Of a stretch of 64,000 nucleotides of DNA, positions 1 to 9,132 are shown piece by piece. The notes under the pieces were generated by a model that searched no databases, was not told where the DNA came from, and worked only from the letters and a program-made list of their open reading frames with translations. A program made the position numbers and the translations under genes. The stretch's first letter is position 1; every line of letters begins with the position of its first letter. The DNA is from Spirochaetaceae bacterium (lineage in GTDB: Bacteria; Spirochaetota; Spirochaetia; DSM-2461): contig OZ245056.1 of assembly GCA_965224705.1 (NCBI GenBank), positions 608,001-672,000 of the forward strand. The letters run 5' to 3'.

Positions 1-36
1 TCCAACTGCAAGCAGCAGTGCCCGTTTTGCCGTCAT
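1..36 (-). CDS. 5' fragment of a gene running off the window (MTAKRALLLAVG..., signal-peptide-like)
   Basis: ATG at 36 preceded by GGAGG RBS; basic then hydrophobic N-terminus; only 12 codons visible. Confidence 0.45.
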   Translation of the reverse strand, partial: MTAKRALLLAVG

Positions 37-106
37 ATTCGACCTCCTAAAAAATTCAACCGCTGAAAATGCGGTATGTTTCATTAACATGAGGAAATTC
101 TGATCC

Positions 107-889
107 TCATTTCACAGAATCTGGAACAACATGGCACACCTTATCCGGATCTACTCCACGCTTTTCCCATTCCTCCTCAGAGTAATCAATATCAGTGATT
201 ATGTGGTCAAATGCATCAAGAGAGCTGATTCTCCAGAAACTGGAAATATTAAACTTCACCGAATCAGCAAGAAGAACCCGGACACTTGATACCCGCATTA
301 TCTCCTGTTTGATTTTAGCCTTACCCATTGTGGGAGTGTAAAGGATTCCTTCAGAGGAAATACCCGCCACTCCGATTATTCCAACGTCCACATTCATCTC
401 GGAAAAAAACTGCTCCGTGTAAGGCCCCAGGAGAGCTCCTGTGCTATTCTGTATTTCCCCTCCAGCAACAAAGGCATGGCACCCGATTTGGTACAACTCC
501 GATGCAATACGAAGATCGCTTGTTATAGCCGTGATATTTTTTTTCGTACCAAGAAGACGGGCAACCTCAAAGGTTGATGTTCCCGCATCAAGGATGAGAG
601 ATGTACCATTGGAGATAAGTTCAAGACAGCGGCGTGCCATGGCTGTTTTGGCTCCATGTGTGTGGATCTTCTTATCATCATAGTTCTCTTCATTGCTTAT
701 AATGCGATTATCAGTACTGACTGCACCTCCATAAGTTCGCGTAAGCTTTCCCTGCTCTTCCAGAGTTTTAAGATCCCTCCTAATCGTGATTGCACTTACC
801 TGCAATTCTCTTGCAAGTTCGTCAACTTTGACTGCTGAATCCCGATCAATCCTGGCATGTATATAGCGAATTCTTTCAACACCTAACAT
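107..889 (-). CDS. DeoR/GlpR family transcriptional regulator
   Basis: N-terminal HTH (ELARELQVSAITIRRDL, RTYGGA) and sensor motif LDAGTST. Confidence 0.95.
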   Translation of the reverse strand: MLGVERIRYIHARIDRDSAVKVDELARELQVSAITIRRDLKTLEEQGKLTRTYGGAVSTDNRIISNEENYDDKKIHTHGAKTAMARRCLELISNGTSLILDAGTSTFEVARLLGTKKNITAITSDLRIASELYQIGCHAFVAGGEIQNSTGALLGPYTEQFFSEMNVDVGIIGVAGISSEGILYTPTMGKAKIKQEIMRVSSVRVLLADSVKFNISSFWRISSLDAFDHIITDIDYSEEEWEKRGVDPDKVCHVVPDSVK

Positions 890-901
890 AAGATCCTCTT
901 G

Positions 902-983
902 AAAGTATGTTTCATACTTTTTTGCGAAATGTCAAGATTTTTCTTGATTTTTCTTGATTTTTTTTGATTCCTTTTGATCTTTC
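902..983. promoter_or_regulatory. Putative DeoR-type operator/promoter region
   Basis: TTGAT at 944, 954, 964 and 974 (10-bp period); palindrome AAAGTATG-TTT-CATACTTT at 902-920; minus-strand TTGACA at 935-930. Confidence 0.55.
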
Positions 984-1006
984 GTCATTGCCGACGAGAA
1001 ATATCC

Positions 1007-1433
1007 AGTGTCAGAAAGCTTGTTAATTCAATAAAACCCTATGCCAGGCTCGTTATAGCATAGTAAGAGAACAATTTATAAGGAGATTTACTGTGTCATT
1101 TCCTCACTGCCCCAACCCGAAATGTATCAATTTCAGGGCTCCGAAGCAAAAAAACTTGTTTCCGATGCACAGTTCATACAACACAAAAGCCCTGGAACAG
1201 TCCAACATTACATCTGCAATGATTGTAAAAGACCTTTTCCCGCCCAGACTTTTCCATTGATTACCATGCGAAAAAAGTCATCGACTACGATGAAACTTTT
1301 ACACAGATGGTGACCTTTTCAGTGTGAATGACATCAGCCGCCACCTGAAAATTTCTTCCAATGAAGCACAGGATGAAGAAAAAACTGGAATCCCTGAATG
1401 GGTTGAAAGAGGTTCTACAGGCTTTCTGACACT
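1007..1433 (+). mobile_element. Internally deleted IS remnant (repeat family A) with terminal inverted repeats
   Basis: AGTGTCAGAAAGCTTGT (1007-1023) and ACAGGCTTTCTGACACT (1417-1433) are inverted repeats enclosing transposase-like fragments. Confidence 0.75.
1093..1370 (+). pseudogene. Frameshifted transposase N-terminus (Zn-ribbon plus HTH, IS1/InsA-like)
   Basis: AGGAGA RBS and GTG; fragments across frames read HCPNPKC..., YICNDCKRPF..., SIDYHAKKVIDY..., VNDISRHLKIS. Confidence 0.6.
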
Positions 1434-1458
1434 ACGATATTATTACTGATTCCCCTGG

Positions 1459-1619
1459 GAGTCTGTCGGATTTACGTCTCACGGCTCGATTTTCGCCCTT
1501 TTTCCTGCTACCGCGTTGCCAAAATACTCACGCAGCCCAGCTACACTTGAGTTTTTGTCGCCTTGCATCAGGGAAAAATCATCAAAAATCGCCTCGAAGT
1601 CTTAAAATCCGACAGGCTC
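1459..1619. mobile_element. MITE family B, copy 1 (161 bp)
   Basis: TIR GAGTCTGTCGGA / TCCGACAGGCTC; 4-bp duplication CTGG on both sides; near-identical copies at 21474 and 24702. Confidence 0.85.
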
Positions 1620-1694
1620 CTGGAAAAATGATGATAAATACTCAGAAATCAATAAAACACTGACTGGAGATCGTCTTGAGAATCAAAGAGGTGA

Positions 1695-3230
1695 ATGAAC
1701 ATGGAAATCTACGCATATGCAGCTTCCGGTTACGCAGGCCAGCTTGTTTCGGTGGAAGTAGACATCCGAAGAGGGATTCCTGGTCTGGACATCGTTGGCC
1801 TGCCCGATGGAGCTGTTCGAGAATCCCGCGAAAGGGTTCGCATCGCAGTCAATCGAAGCGGATTCAATTTCCCAATGGACAGAATTCTCGTCAATCTTTC
1901 ACCTGCTGACCTGAAGAAAGAAGGGGCCTCCTATGATTTGCCCATAGCTCTGGGCATCCTGATCGTGTCCAATCAACTACATTACACAGGTAAGCAGCCC
2001 ATCCTCTGCATTGGGGAACTGATGCTTGATGGTTCAGTTCGTCCGGTGCATGGAATCCTGCCAGCAGTGGCCGCAGGCAGAAGCAGCGGTATCAAGAAAT
2101 TCATTGTTCCAAAAATCAATCTTCCAGAAGCCAGAACACTGGCCAATCAGTATTCCTCAGGGATTGCTCATCTCACAGAACTCCAGCAAGTACTGATGGA
2201 ATCCCGGAAGTCTGTTTCCAGTCAACAATACACAACTGAGCCAACCGATTCCACACTGTGCCAGGATATATCGGAGTTACATGGTCAACCTATACTGAAG
2301 AGAGTCCTGGAACTATGTGCCTCCGGAGGTCATCATCTCATTGTTTTTGGACCTCCGGGCAGCGGTAAAACGATGGGCATACGAACACTGCCTGGATTGC
2401 TTCCCAACCTTGATGTCGTGAAATCAATTGAAGTAACACGAATCTGGTCTCAAGCCGGAAACTTGAATGAGAAACAGGGACTCATCCAGCGTCCCCCTTT
2501 TCGGGAACCCCATCATACCTCCACCAGTGAGGGATTGGTGGGCGGAGCAGCCGGGAAACCCGGCGAAGCATCCCTGGCCCATGGAGGCATTCTTTTTCTG
2601 GATGAGGCTCCTGAATTCGGCAGCCGGGTTTTGCAATCCCTGAGAGAGCCGCTTGAATCAGGCCGTGTGGATATGGCACGAGCTGGAAGACAGTGGTGGT
2701 ATCCGGCAGAATTCCAACTCGTCATGGCCATGAATCCCTGTCCATGCGGCAATCTTGGCCGTGAAGAAGTTTCCTGCTGCATCTGTACCCCTCCCGAAAT
2801 AAGCCGCTACTGGCGAAAGATAGGCGGAGCCCTGATGGATAGAATTGATCTCCGGGTACCTGTTTCACCTGTTGACCCTCAAACCCTTCTCGATCCGCCT
2901 GGAGAGGATTCTCAAACGGTGAGAGCCAGGGTGGAAGGAGCCAGGAGTCGACAGTATCACCGGTACAGAAACTGCCGGTGGAGAATAAACGCCGACATAC
3001 CCCCGGGAGAGTTCAAAAAATTTGTACAGCTGGATGAGTCAACATCCCTCTTTTTCACCGAAGCGGTACGGAAGCTTGGTTTTTCTTCACGGGCCGCCCA
3101 TGGTGTCTTACGGATCGCCCGAACCATGGCAGACCTGGAAGGACGTCAAGATGTCAACACAGAAGATATTCTGGAGGCAGTACAGCATCGGCGTTTTGGC
3201 AATCGGGATCTCTTCTGGACAACTATCTGA
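1695..3230 (+). CDS. comM: ComM/YifB family Mg-chelatase-like AAA+ ATPase
   Basis: IVGLPDGAVRESRER, NLSPADLKKEG, Walker A GPPGSGKT, LAHGGILFLDE, MNPCPCG. Confidence 0.92.
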   Translation: MNMEIYAYAASGYAGQLVSVEVDIRRGIPGLDIVGLPDGAVRESRERVRIAVNRSGFNFPMDRILVNLSPADLKKEGASYDLPIALGILIVSNQLHYTGKQPILCIGELMLDGSVRPVHGILPAVAAGRSSGIKKFIVPKINLPEARTLANQYSSGIAHLTELQQVLMESRKSVSSQQYTTEPTDSTLCQDISELHGQPILKRVLELCASGGHHLIVFGPPGSGKTMGIRTLPGLLPNLDVVKSIEVTRIWSQAGNLNEKQGLIQRPPFREPHHTSTSEGLVGGAAGKPGEASLAHGGILFLDEAPEFGSRVLQSLREPLESGRVDMARAGRQWWYPAEFQLVMAMNPCPCGNLGREEVSCCICTPPEISRYWRKIGGALMDRIDLRVPVSPVDPQTLLDPPGEDSQTVRARVEGARSRQYHRYRNCRWRINADIPPGEFKKFVQLDESTSLFFTEAVRKLGFSSRAAHGVLRIARTMADLEGRQDVNTEDILEAVQHRRFGNRDLFWTTI

Positions 3231-3385
3231 GTCCACAGTTCCCTTCCATGTAGGCTTATCGCAGGAAATGTTCCTGGAGTTACGTTCCCGGCAGGCTTGT
3301 TAGAGATACGCCTGCAACAGCCGCACCACAACCGGGTGAGGCAAAGGTTCACTTGATTTTGAAACTGAAGCAGCAAATAACTCAC

Positions 3386-4000
3386 TCATAACTTATCAGG
3401 AAGCTGGAAGATCATTCTGATCTCCTGTTTACCCTGAGTAACAACTTCATTGTATTGAGCATTAATGCTGGCAATCTGTTCTAAATACGCCTTCGTAAAA
3501 TCGGGATCCTGTTCCGGTGTCAGCTTGAATGATTGTCCTGTTTGTTTTCTCAGCAAATCCTCTTTCTGCCTGAGATGAGGTTCCCACTGAGAACGAAGGT
3601 TATTTTCCAACTGGTTGAGAGATTCCAGATATTGTCTGAAAAGCTTCTGAAAATGATTGATCAGATGATCAAGTTTTTTGCTTCCAGAGGATTTCCCTGC
3701 CAGAGCCTTTAAGCCATCAGCGACTGCCTTGAAAGGAGATAAGGTTGTTTCGGAAGCAGGAAGGCTGATATTGGCCAGGAAAGTGGTCAAAATACCCTCC
3801 CTTACCCAGGAGAGTTCACTGCCTTTTAGTTTTTTCAGTTCGCTCTCAAAAGGATTCTCCCCGGGTGAATCCAGATAACGTCCGGCAAGGTTCTTTCCAA
3901 TACTGATTGAGTCATTCCTGCGAAGAGCCTCCTTATCAATCTTCACATCATCTGTGCGCTCCAGAGCAAGCTCCAGTGCTGATTTTATCCTGCTCATCAT
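3386..4000 (-). CDS. Conserved hypothetical helical protein (spirochaete type)
   Basis: GGAGG RBS before ATG at 4000; N-terminus RIKSALELALERT. Confidence 0.7.
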   Translation of the reverse strand: MMSRIKSALELALERTDDVKIDKEALRRNDSISIGKNLAGRYLDSPGENPFESELKKLKGSELSWVREGILTTFLANISLPASETTLSPFKAVADGLKALAGKSSGSKKLDHLINHFQKLFRQYLESLNQLENNLRSQWEPHLRQKEDLLRKQTGQSFKLTPEQDPDFTKAYLEQIASINAQYNEVVTQGKQEIRMIFQLPDKL

Positions 4001-4128
4001 GTTTCCTCCAATTGATAAGATTGCACAAATAGACTCCAGAAACAAGTGCATGACTCATTCCAGGAACTTGACCAAAGTATCAGATAGGGACATGATGTAC
4101 AGGTTATAAACAGGTAAAAAGGAATATC

Positions 4129-5391
4129 ATGTACCATAAAAAAATAGAGAAGCGTGTCGTTATTACAGGATTGGGAACAATTAATCCGATTGCCAACGAT
4201 GTTGAAAGCTACTGGGAAGGTCTGAAGGCCGGTCGATCGGGTATCCGTCGAATCCAGCATGTTAATCTTGACAAATATCATATACATATCGGCGGTGAGG
4301 TTGATTTCCCCGATAATCTGAGATCCTACTTCAAACAGCCTAAGATGATTAAGAGGCTGGACCGCAACATAATTTATGCGCAGGTGGCAGGCATGCAGGC
4401 TCTCCGTGATTCCGGGATAACTGCCGAAGATATGGCCTTTAGATGCGGTGTCGTAATAGGAACGGGCTCCGGGGGTATTCGTGCCCACCAGATAAACCTG
4501 GACCGTGTACATGACGGTAATCTATACGAAGTTTCACCATTCTATCTGATCAGTGCAATTCCAAGCACAGCTACAAGTTATTTTGCTAAAGAAGCAGGAC
4601 TCAAAGGACCCATTTTCTCAATAAATTCAGCCTGTGCCTCGGGAAATCATACATTCGGAGTCGCCTCCATGCTGATCAAGGCAGGTATGGCTGACATAAT
4701 CTTTGCCGGTGGTACAGAATCAGCAGTCAACCACCCGGGAATTATTGCATTTGGAAATATATCGGCTTTATCGACTCGAAATGATGAGCCTCAAAAGGCC
4801 AGTCGTCCCTTTGATGTTGACAGGGATGGCTGTGTACTGGGTGACGGTGCTGGCGTCCTCTGCCTGGAAGAACTGGAACATGCCAGATCCCGAGGTGCCA
4901 GAATCTACGGCGAACTGACAGGATATGGATTTACCAGTGATGCAAGTGATCTGGTTGCCCCCCACCCGGAAGCCGAGGGTTCAACTCGGGCGATCCACTC
5001 AGCTCTGGAAATGGCCGGGCTGCAAACTTCCGATATCGGGCTTATTAACGCTCATGGAACTTCTACGCCAATCGGCGATTCACTGGAAGCCCTGGGGATT
5101 CAAAAAGTATTTAAAGAAAGAAGCTCTGAAATTCCTGTTCACAGCACCAAATCAATGGTTGGTCATCTTCTTGGTGGTGCCAGTGCTGTAGAAGCCATTG
5201 CAGCACTCATGGTTTTCAATGAGAATACTGTCCATGCAACTGTGAACTATGATAATCCGGATCCCGATATAAACCTCAACATCGTTTCAGAAAACATGGA
5301 TGGTTCTCACATTGATCACATCCTTTCCAATGCCTTCGGATTCGGCGGAATGAACGCCTGTGTTGTTCTTTCACGCTATAAAGAGGAATGA
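4129..5391 (+). CDS. fabF: Beta-ketoacyl-ACP synthase II
   Basis: RVVITGLG, SACASG (Cys), NAHGTST, KSMVGHLLG, NAFGFGG. Confidence 0.93.
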   Translation: MYHKKIEKRVVITGLGTINPIANDVESYWEGLKAGRSGIRRIQHVNLDKYHIHIGGEVDFPDNLRSYFKQPKMIKRLDRNIIYAQVAGMQALRDSGITAEDMAFRCGVVIGTGSGGIRAHQINLDRVHDGNLYEVSPFYLISAIPSTATSYFAKEAGLKGPIFSINSACASGNHTFGVASMLIKAGMADIIFAGGTESAVNHPGIIAFGNISALSTRNDEPQKASRPFDVDRDGCVLGDGAGVLCLEELEHARSRGARIYGELTGYGFTSDASDLVAPHPEAEGSTRAIHSALEMAGLQTSDIGLINAHGTSTPIGDSLEALGIQKVFKERSSEIPVHSTKSMVGHLLGGASAVEAIAALMVFNENTVHATVNYDNPDPDINLNIVSENMDGSHIDHILSNAFGFGGMNACVVLSRYKEE

Positions 5392-5483
5392 GCATAAAGA
5401 AAAGCCCCTTACCCGGAACAATACCCCTTCGTTCAATGATACCGAAGAATTGAGTCCGGCCGGAAGCGCTGCTGCCTGCTCGG

Positions 5484-6326
5484 CTATGCCGCTGTGTATG
5501 CCCTCAGCGAATGAGATCTTGAAGGATGACGCAGACGATTCAAAGCTTTCTTCTCAATCTGTCTGATCCGTTCCTTGGTAAGTCCCAATATATCACCAAT
5601 CTCTTTCAATGAAAGAGAGCGGGTATCACCCAGCCCAAAACGGTATCTGATGACTTTTGCCTCTTTTTCAGACAGTGTTCCAAGCACATCATCAATCTCT
5701 TTAGTCAGCATTTTCCTGATGGCCTGCTCCTCAGGAGCAGCGGACAGAACATCTTCAATGAAATCACCAAGGTTGGATGTATCCTCTTTATCATAAACTG
5801 GTGTCTCAAGGGAAACCAGATCTCTGCTGATTGCCTGAAGAACCTTTACGTCTTCTTCCTTAATCCCGGTAATATTGGCGATGAAAGCATCGGAAGGTTG
5901 ATTCCCATATTCGGACAAATATGCTTTCTTGGTGTTTTTAATCTGTACAAGCTCATTGGCTCGATTCATTGGGAGCCGAATCATTCGGGATTTCTCATAA
6001 ATAGCTTTGAGAATGGCCTGGCGAATCCACCAGACAGCATACGAGATGAAGTGATATCCCTTATCAGGATCGTATCGGCTGATGGCATTCATTAATCCAA
6101 TATTTCCTTCACTGATAAGATCTTCCAGAGGTAAACCTTGATTTTGAAATTTCTTCGCTGTACTGACAACAAATCTCAAATTCGCCTCAATAAGCTTTAA
6201 TTGAGCATCTTTGCTGCCGGATGCGGCTGCACGAGCGATTATGTCCTCCTGCTCCCGTGTAAGCAGAGGAACTTCATTGATCTCCTTGAAATACAGAGAT
6301 AGATCATTATCTTTTTTCAACTGCAT
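5484..6326 (-). CDS. Short sigma70-family factor (RpoS-like; regions 1.2, 2, 3, 4)
   Basis: YFKEINEVPLL, ANLRFVVS, DLISEGNIGL, FISYAVWWIRQAI, TKERIRQIEKKAL; start placed at ATG 6326 after GGAG. Confidence 0.9.
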   Translation of the reverse strand: MQLKKDNDLSLYFKEINEVPLLTREQEDIIARAAASGSKDAQLKLIEANLRFVVSTAKKFQNQGLPLEDLISEGNIGLMNAISRYDPDKGYHFISYAVWWIRQAILKAIYEKSRMIRLPMNRANELVQIKNTKKAYLSEYGNQPSDAFIANITGIKEEDVKVLQAISRDLVSLETPVYDKEDTSNLGDFIEDVLSAAPEEQAIRKMLTKEIDDVLGTLSEKEAKVIRYRFGLGDTRSLSLKEIGDILGLTKERIRQIEKKALNRLRHPSRSHSLRAYTAA

Positions 6327-6349
6327 TATCATCTCCTGCCTGCAAACAA

Positions 6350-6364
6350 GCAAGAAACGGGCCA
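6350..6364 (-). promoter_or_regulatory. sigma54 (-24/-12) promoter
   Basis: Minus strand TGGCCCG-TTTC-TTGC with canonical spacing, just upstream of the sigma gene RBS; AT-rich tract further upstream. Confidence 0.7.
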
Positions 6365-6501
6365 AATTTGAAGCTGTTCTATATATTTTATTATTCTATA
6401 ATAACTTATATTTTTTTCATCTGAACTATTTTACGGAGTAACGTCTCTGTTGTACTTTGAGAGTAGCGGGAATCCTTTAAATTGGGCCATTTCTACCCAT
6501 T

Positions 6502-6861
6502 TCAACTACACGGCTCACTAATTGAGTCATAATAACCCATGTCATGGGTTGATGACTCGAAATTGAGACATGGTAACCCGATTCTCAAGTCGTTGACAAA
6601 GTCAAATGGTACGTATGAATTTGGATTATCAGCGACAAAACCCGGGAACACAATGGTAGTACCCCAGTATAAGGTATCCCGTCCCTGACGGCTTAAGCAT
6701 TTCCATTGACTGGAATAACACAGCTCAACCCATGCATCAGTAATCATGCCCATCACAGCATCAAATTCGCAGCGGCCAGAGAAGCGTTTCTGGGGCCGTG
6801 ATGATAAATACCGATTCACCTGGATGTGTTGAAATCTCAGAATCTCCTCTTTAACATCCAC
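6502..6861 (-). CDS. Hypothetical protein
   Basis: 119-aa ORF with GGAG upstream; no recognised motif. Confidence 0.5.
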   Translation of the reverse strand: MDVKEEILRFQHIQVNRYLSSRPQKRFSGRCEFDAVMGMITDAWVELCYSSQWKCLSRQGRDTLYWGTTIVFPGFVADNPNSYVPFDFVNDLRIGLPCLNFESSTHDMGYYDSISEPCS

Positions 6862-6938
6862 AAATGTTTGTCTCCAAGTCTTGATACAAACAAGATAGTT
6901 ATGAATATAAGAAACGGCAATACTTTTTTATGCGATTG

Positions 6939-7469
6939 TTAATCCAATACTGTTACTTCCAGAAGTGCGGCTGTGGCGACTTTCCCACTCACAAGAACCT
7001 GCCCCAGAAGAGTACCAAAATAGGCATCATATTCAACCACACGGGCAAGCAGAGTCATTGTATCGCCCGGTTTTACTTCACTTCTGAAATAGACACCTTT
7101 GATACGGGTTGCCCGGATATTGGGGGGTGTTGCATCATGGCCAATACTGGTGGCATTGTTCTCCATGAAATGAACAAGACACAGGCCTGTTTGACCGATG
7201 GCCTCCACCTGTAAAGTACCGGGATAGACTGGATAGTCTGGAAAATGTCCCTGGAAGAGTGGGAGTTCCGGCGATAGATGATACTCACCTGAGATAATCC
7301 TGTTCTCCAGATCAATTCCCGTGAGATATTCGACAAGAAGAAATGGCTCCCGGTGAGGAAGTATACATTTTATATCGGATAGACCGTAGTCAATTCTGCA
7401 TGGTAAGGCTTCAGGATTGCACAGGGGAACACGGCGATGATGCTTCAGCAGATTGTCTTCGCTATCCAC
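6939..7469 (-). CDS. 3-hydroxyacyl-ACP dehydratase, FabZ-like
   Basis: LPHREPFLLV and FQGHFPDYPVYPGTLQVEAIGQ (His/Glu dyad). Confidence 0.9.
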   Translation of the reverse strand: MDSEDNLLKHHRRVPLCNPEALPCRIDYGLSDIKCILPHREPFLLVEYLTGIDLENRIISGEYHLSPELPLFQGHFPDYPVYPGTLQVEAIGQTGLCLVHFMENNATSIGHDATPPNIRATRIKGVYFRSEVKPGDTMTLLARVVEYDAYFGTLLGQVLVSGKVATAALLEVTVLD

Positions 7470-7522
7470 AGAACACCCCTGACGAAATTCTTCTGCTTCT
7501 GATGTGTGATCCGCCCATGGTA

Positions 7523-8782
7523 TTACTCAATACCTTTTACAATCACATCTTCAATGATATTGAGCGTTTCATCCATCTGGGGTTTGGTAAGCTGAGATGA
7601 TACCGATATGCGAAAACGTCGTGCATGAGCTGGTACTGCGGGAAAATCCACCGGCTGCAGGAATAATCCCCGCTTCTGCATGGCGGCAGCATATCTCATG
7701 AGTTTTGCACCATCAGAACCAATGATGACAGGTATAACCTGAGATTCACTGTTACCTGAATCCAGGCCCAATTTATCCAGACAACCTTTCAAGTAGACCA
7801 CATTTTCCCAGAGTTTATCCCGGAGAGTTGAATCCCTGGTGGCAATTTCCAGTGCTTTCAGCAATCCGCCAGTGACAGCCGGTGATGGGGCGCATGAAAA
7901 ATTCCACGGGGATGCATACCCTTTGAGATAACGAATCAGTCCTTTGTTAGCACACACAAATCCTCCAACTCCGCCAAAGGACTTACTGAGAGTTCCAAAG
8001 GAAACTCCGATACGGTCTTCTACACCAAAATGCTCTGCCACACCACGTCCATTTTCACCGAACATAAGTGTGGAATGTGCTTCATCTATATAGGACCCGG
8101 CACCAAATTTCTCGCAAAGTTCCAGGATCTCAGGCAGCTTTGGGAGATCCCCATCCATGGAATAAACACCTTCCACAACAACAAGAGTGCGCTTATTTCC
8201 AGCTTTCTCAAGCATCTTTTCAAGGCTATCCAGATCATTATGCGCGAAGAACAGCATCCTGGCCCCAGACAGTGTACCGCCATCGATAAGGCTTTTATGG
8301 CATTTTTCATCCATTATCAGGTAGTCACCCTTGCGGATTATTCCCTGAATTGCTCCAACATTGGCCCCGAGGCCACTGGAAAACAGGAGACAATCATCTT
8401 TCTGCTTAAACTTCGCCAGCTTACGGGCTAACTCGACATGAATATCCAGGGTACCTGACAGCAGTGGAGCTCCTGAAGACCCAAGGCCATACTTATCCAG
8501 AGCATCTTTCGCAGCCTGTATTACCTCTGGATGAGTTGACAATCCCAGATAGTTGTATGAAGTCAGGTTGATTATCCGCCGTTCCCTGCCATCAAGATTA
8601 CTGCGAATCAGCGTGGAAACCCTGGGAGCTTCCAGCAATTCCTGTTCAAAGAAACTAAACCCCTGCTTAACCGCGGGATGATTCATCCATTTTTCAAAAT
8701 CCGAGGGAGGAGCCAGGATGTCTGTACTATCATTAAAGAAAAAATCAGCCAGACTGAAATTCAGAATATCGTCATTGGACAT
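7523..8782 (-). CDS. PLP-dependent alpha-oxoamine synthase, serine palmitoyltransferase-like
   Basis: SYNYLGL, EGVYSMDGD, DEAHS, GTLSKSFG (PLP Lys), RFRISVS; family is secure, substrate is inferred from context. Confidence 0.8.
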   Translation of the reverse strand: MSNDDILNFSLADFFFNDSTDILAPPSDFEKWMNHPAVKQGFSFFEQELLEAPRVSTLIRSNLDGRERRIINLTSYNYLGLSTHPEVIQAAKDALDKYGLGSSGAPLLSGTLDIHVELARKLAKFKQKDDCLLFSSGLGANVGAIQGIIRKGDYLIMDEKCHKSLIDGGTLSGARMLFFAHNDLDSLEKMLEKAGNKRTLVVVEGVYSMDGDLPKLPEILELCEKFGAGSYIDEAHSTLMFGENGRGVAEHFGVEDRIGVSFGTLSKSFGGVGGFVCANKGLIRYLKGYASPWNFSCAPSPAVTGGLLKALEIATRDSTLRDKLWENVVYLKGCLDKLGLDSGNSESQVIPVIIGSDGAKLMRYAAAMQKRGLFLQPVDFPAVPAHARRFRISVSSQLTKPQMDETLNIIEDVIVKGIE

Positions 8783-8874
8783 TTAGGATTCTCCTATAAC
8801 AAATCTTTCAGATGACCAGCCGAATAACCCCACCAACCACTGTCCGATCTTATCCTGGATGAATAATAGTATTT

Positions 8875-9132
8875 CTACGTGGACTGGTTTTTATCAAGGT
8901 ATTCCAGGAACTTATCTGCAAGGGTGTCGATATTAGTGAGCTCAGCAAGCTCAGCTCTTGGAACTTTGATGCCCAGTTCACGCATGGAGCAGGAAACCAC
9001 TTCGATCATATCAAGGCTGTTCGCCCCATAATCTTTCATTGAATTCTGTGGATCAATTTCATCAGCTTTAATATCATCAAGGTTTTCCTCAATGATTTTT
9101 TTGATGATATCGATGACTTCTGGTTTTGTCAT
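8875..9132 (-). CDS. Acyl carrier protein, AcpK-like (beta-branching donor type)
   Basis: 85 aa, acidic, YGANSLD phosphopantetheine motif (N rather than D before Ser). Confidence 0.88.
   Translation of the reverse strand: MTKPEVIDIIKKIIEENLDDIKADEIDPQNSMKDYGANSLDMIEVVSCSMRELGIKVPRAELAELTNIDTLADKFLEYLDKNQST

Noticed and set aside
1459..1619. CRISPR array suggested by recurring repeats
   Set aside because: Repeats are dispersed with TIRs and target duplications; no repeat-spacer periodicity and no cas genes
7523..8782. BioF in a biotin operon
   Set aside because: No bioA/B/D in the window, birA is about 48 kb away, and DEAHS plus the lipid-gene context fit SPT-like enzymes better; not fully excluded
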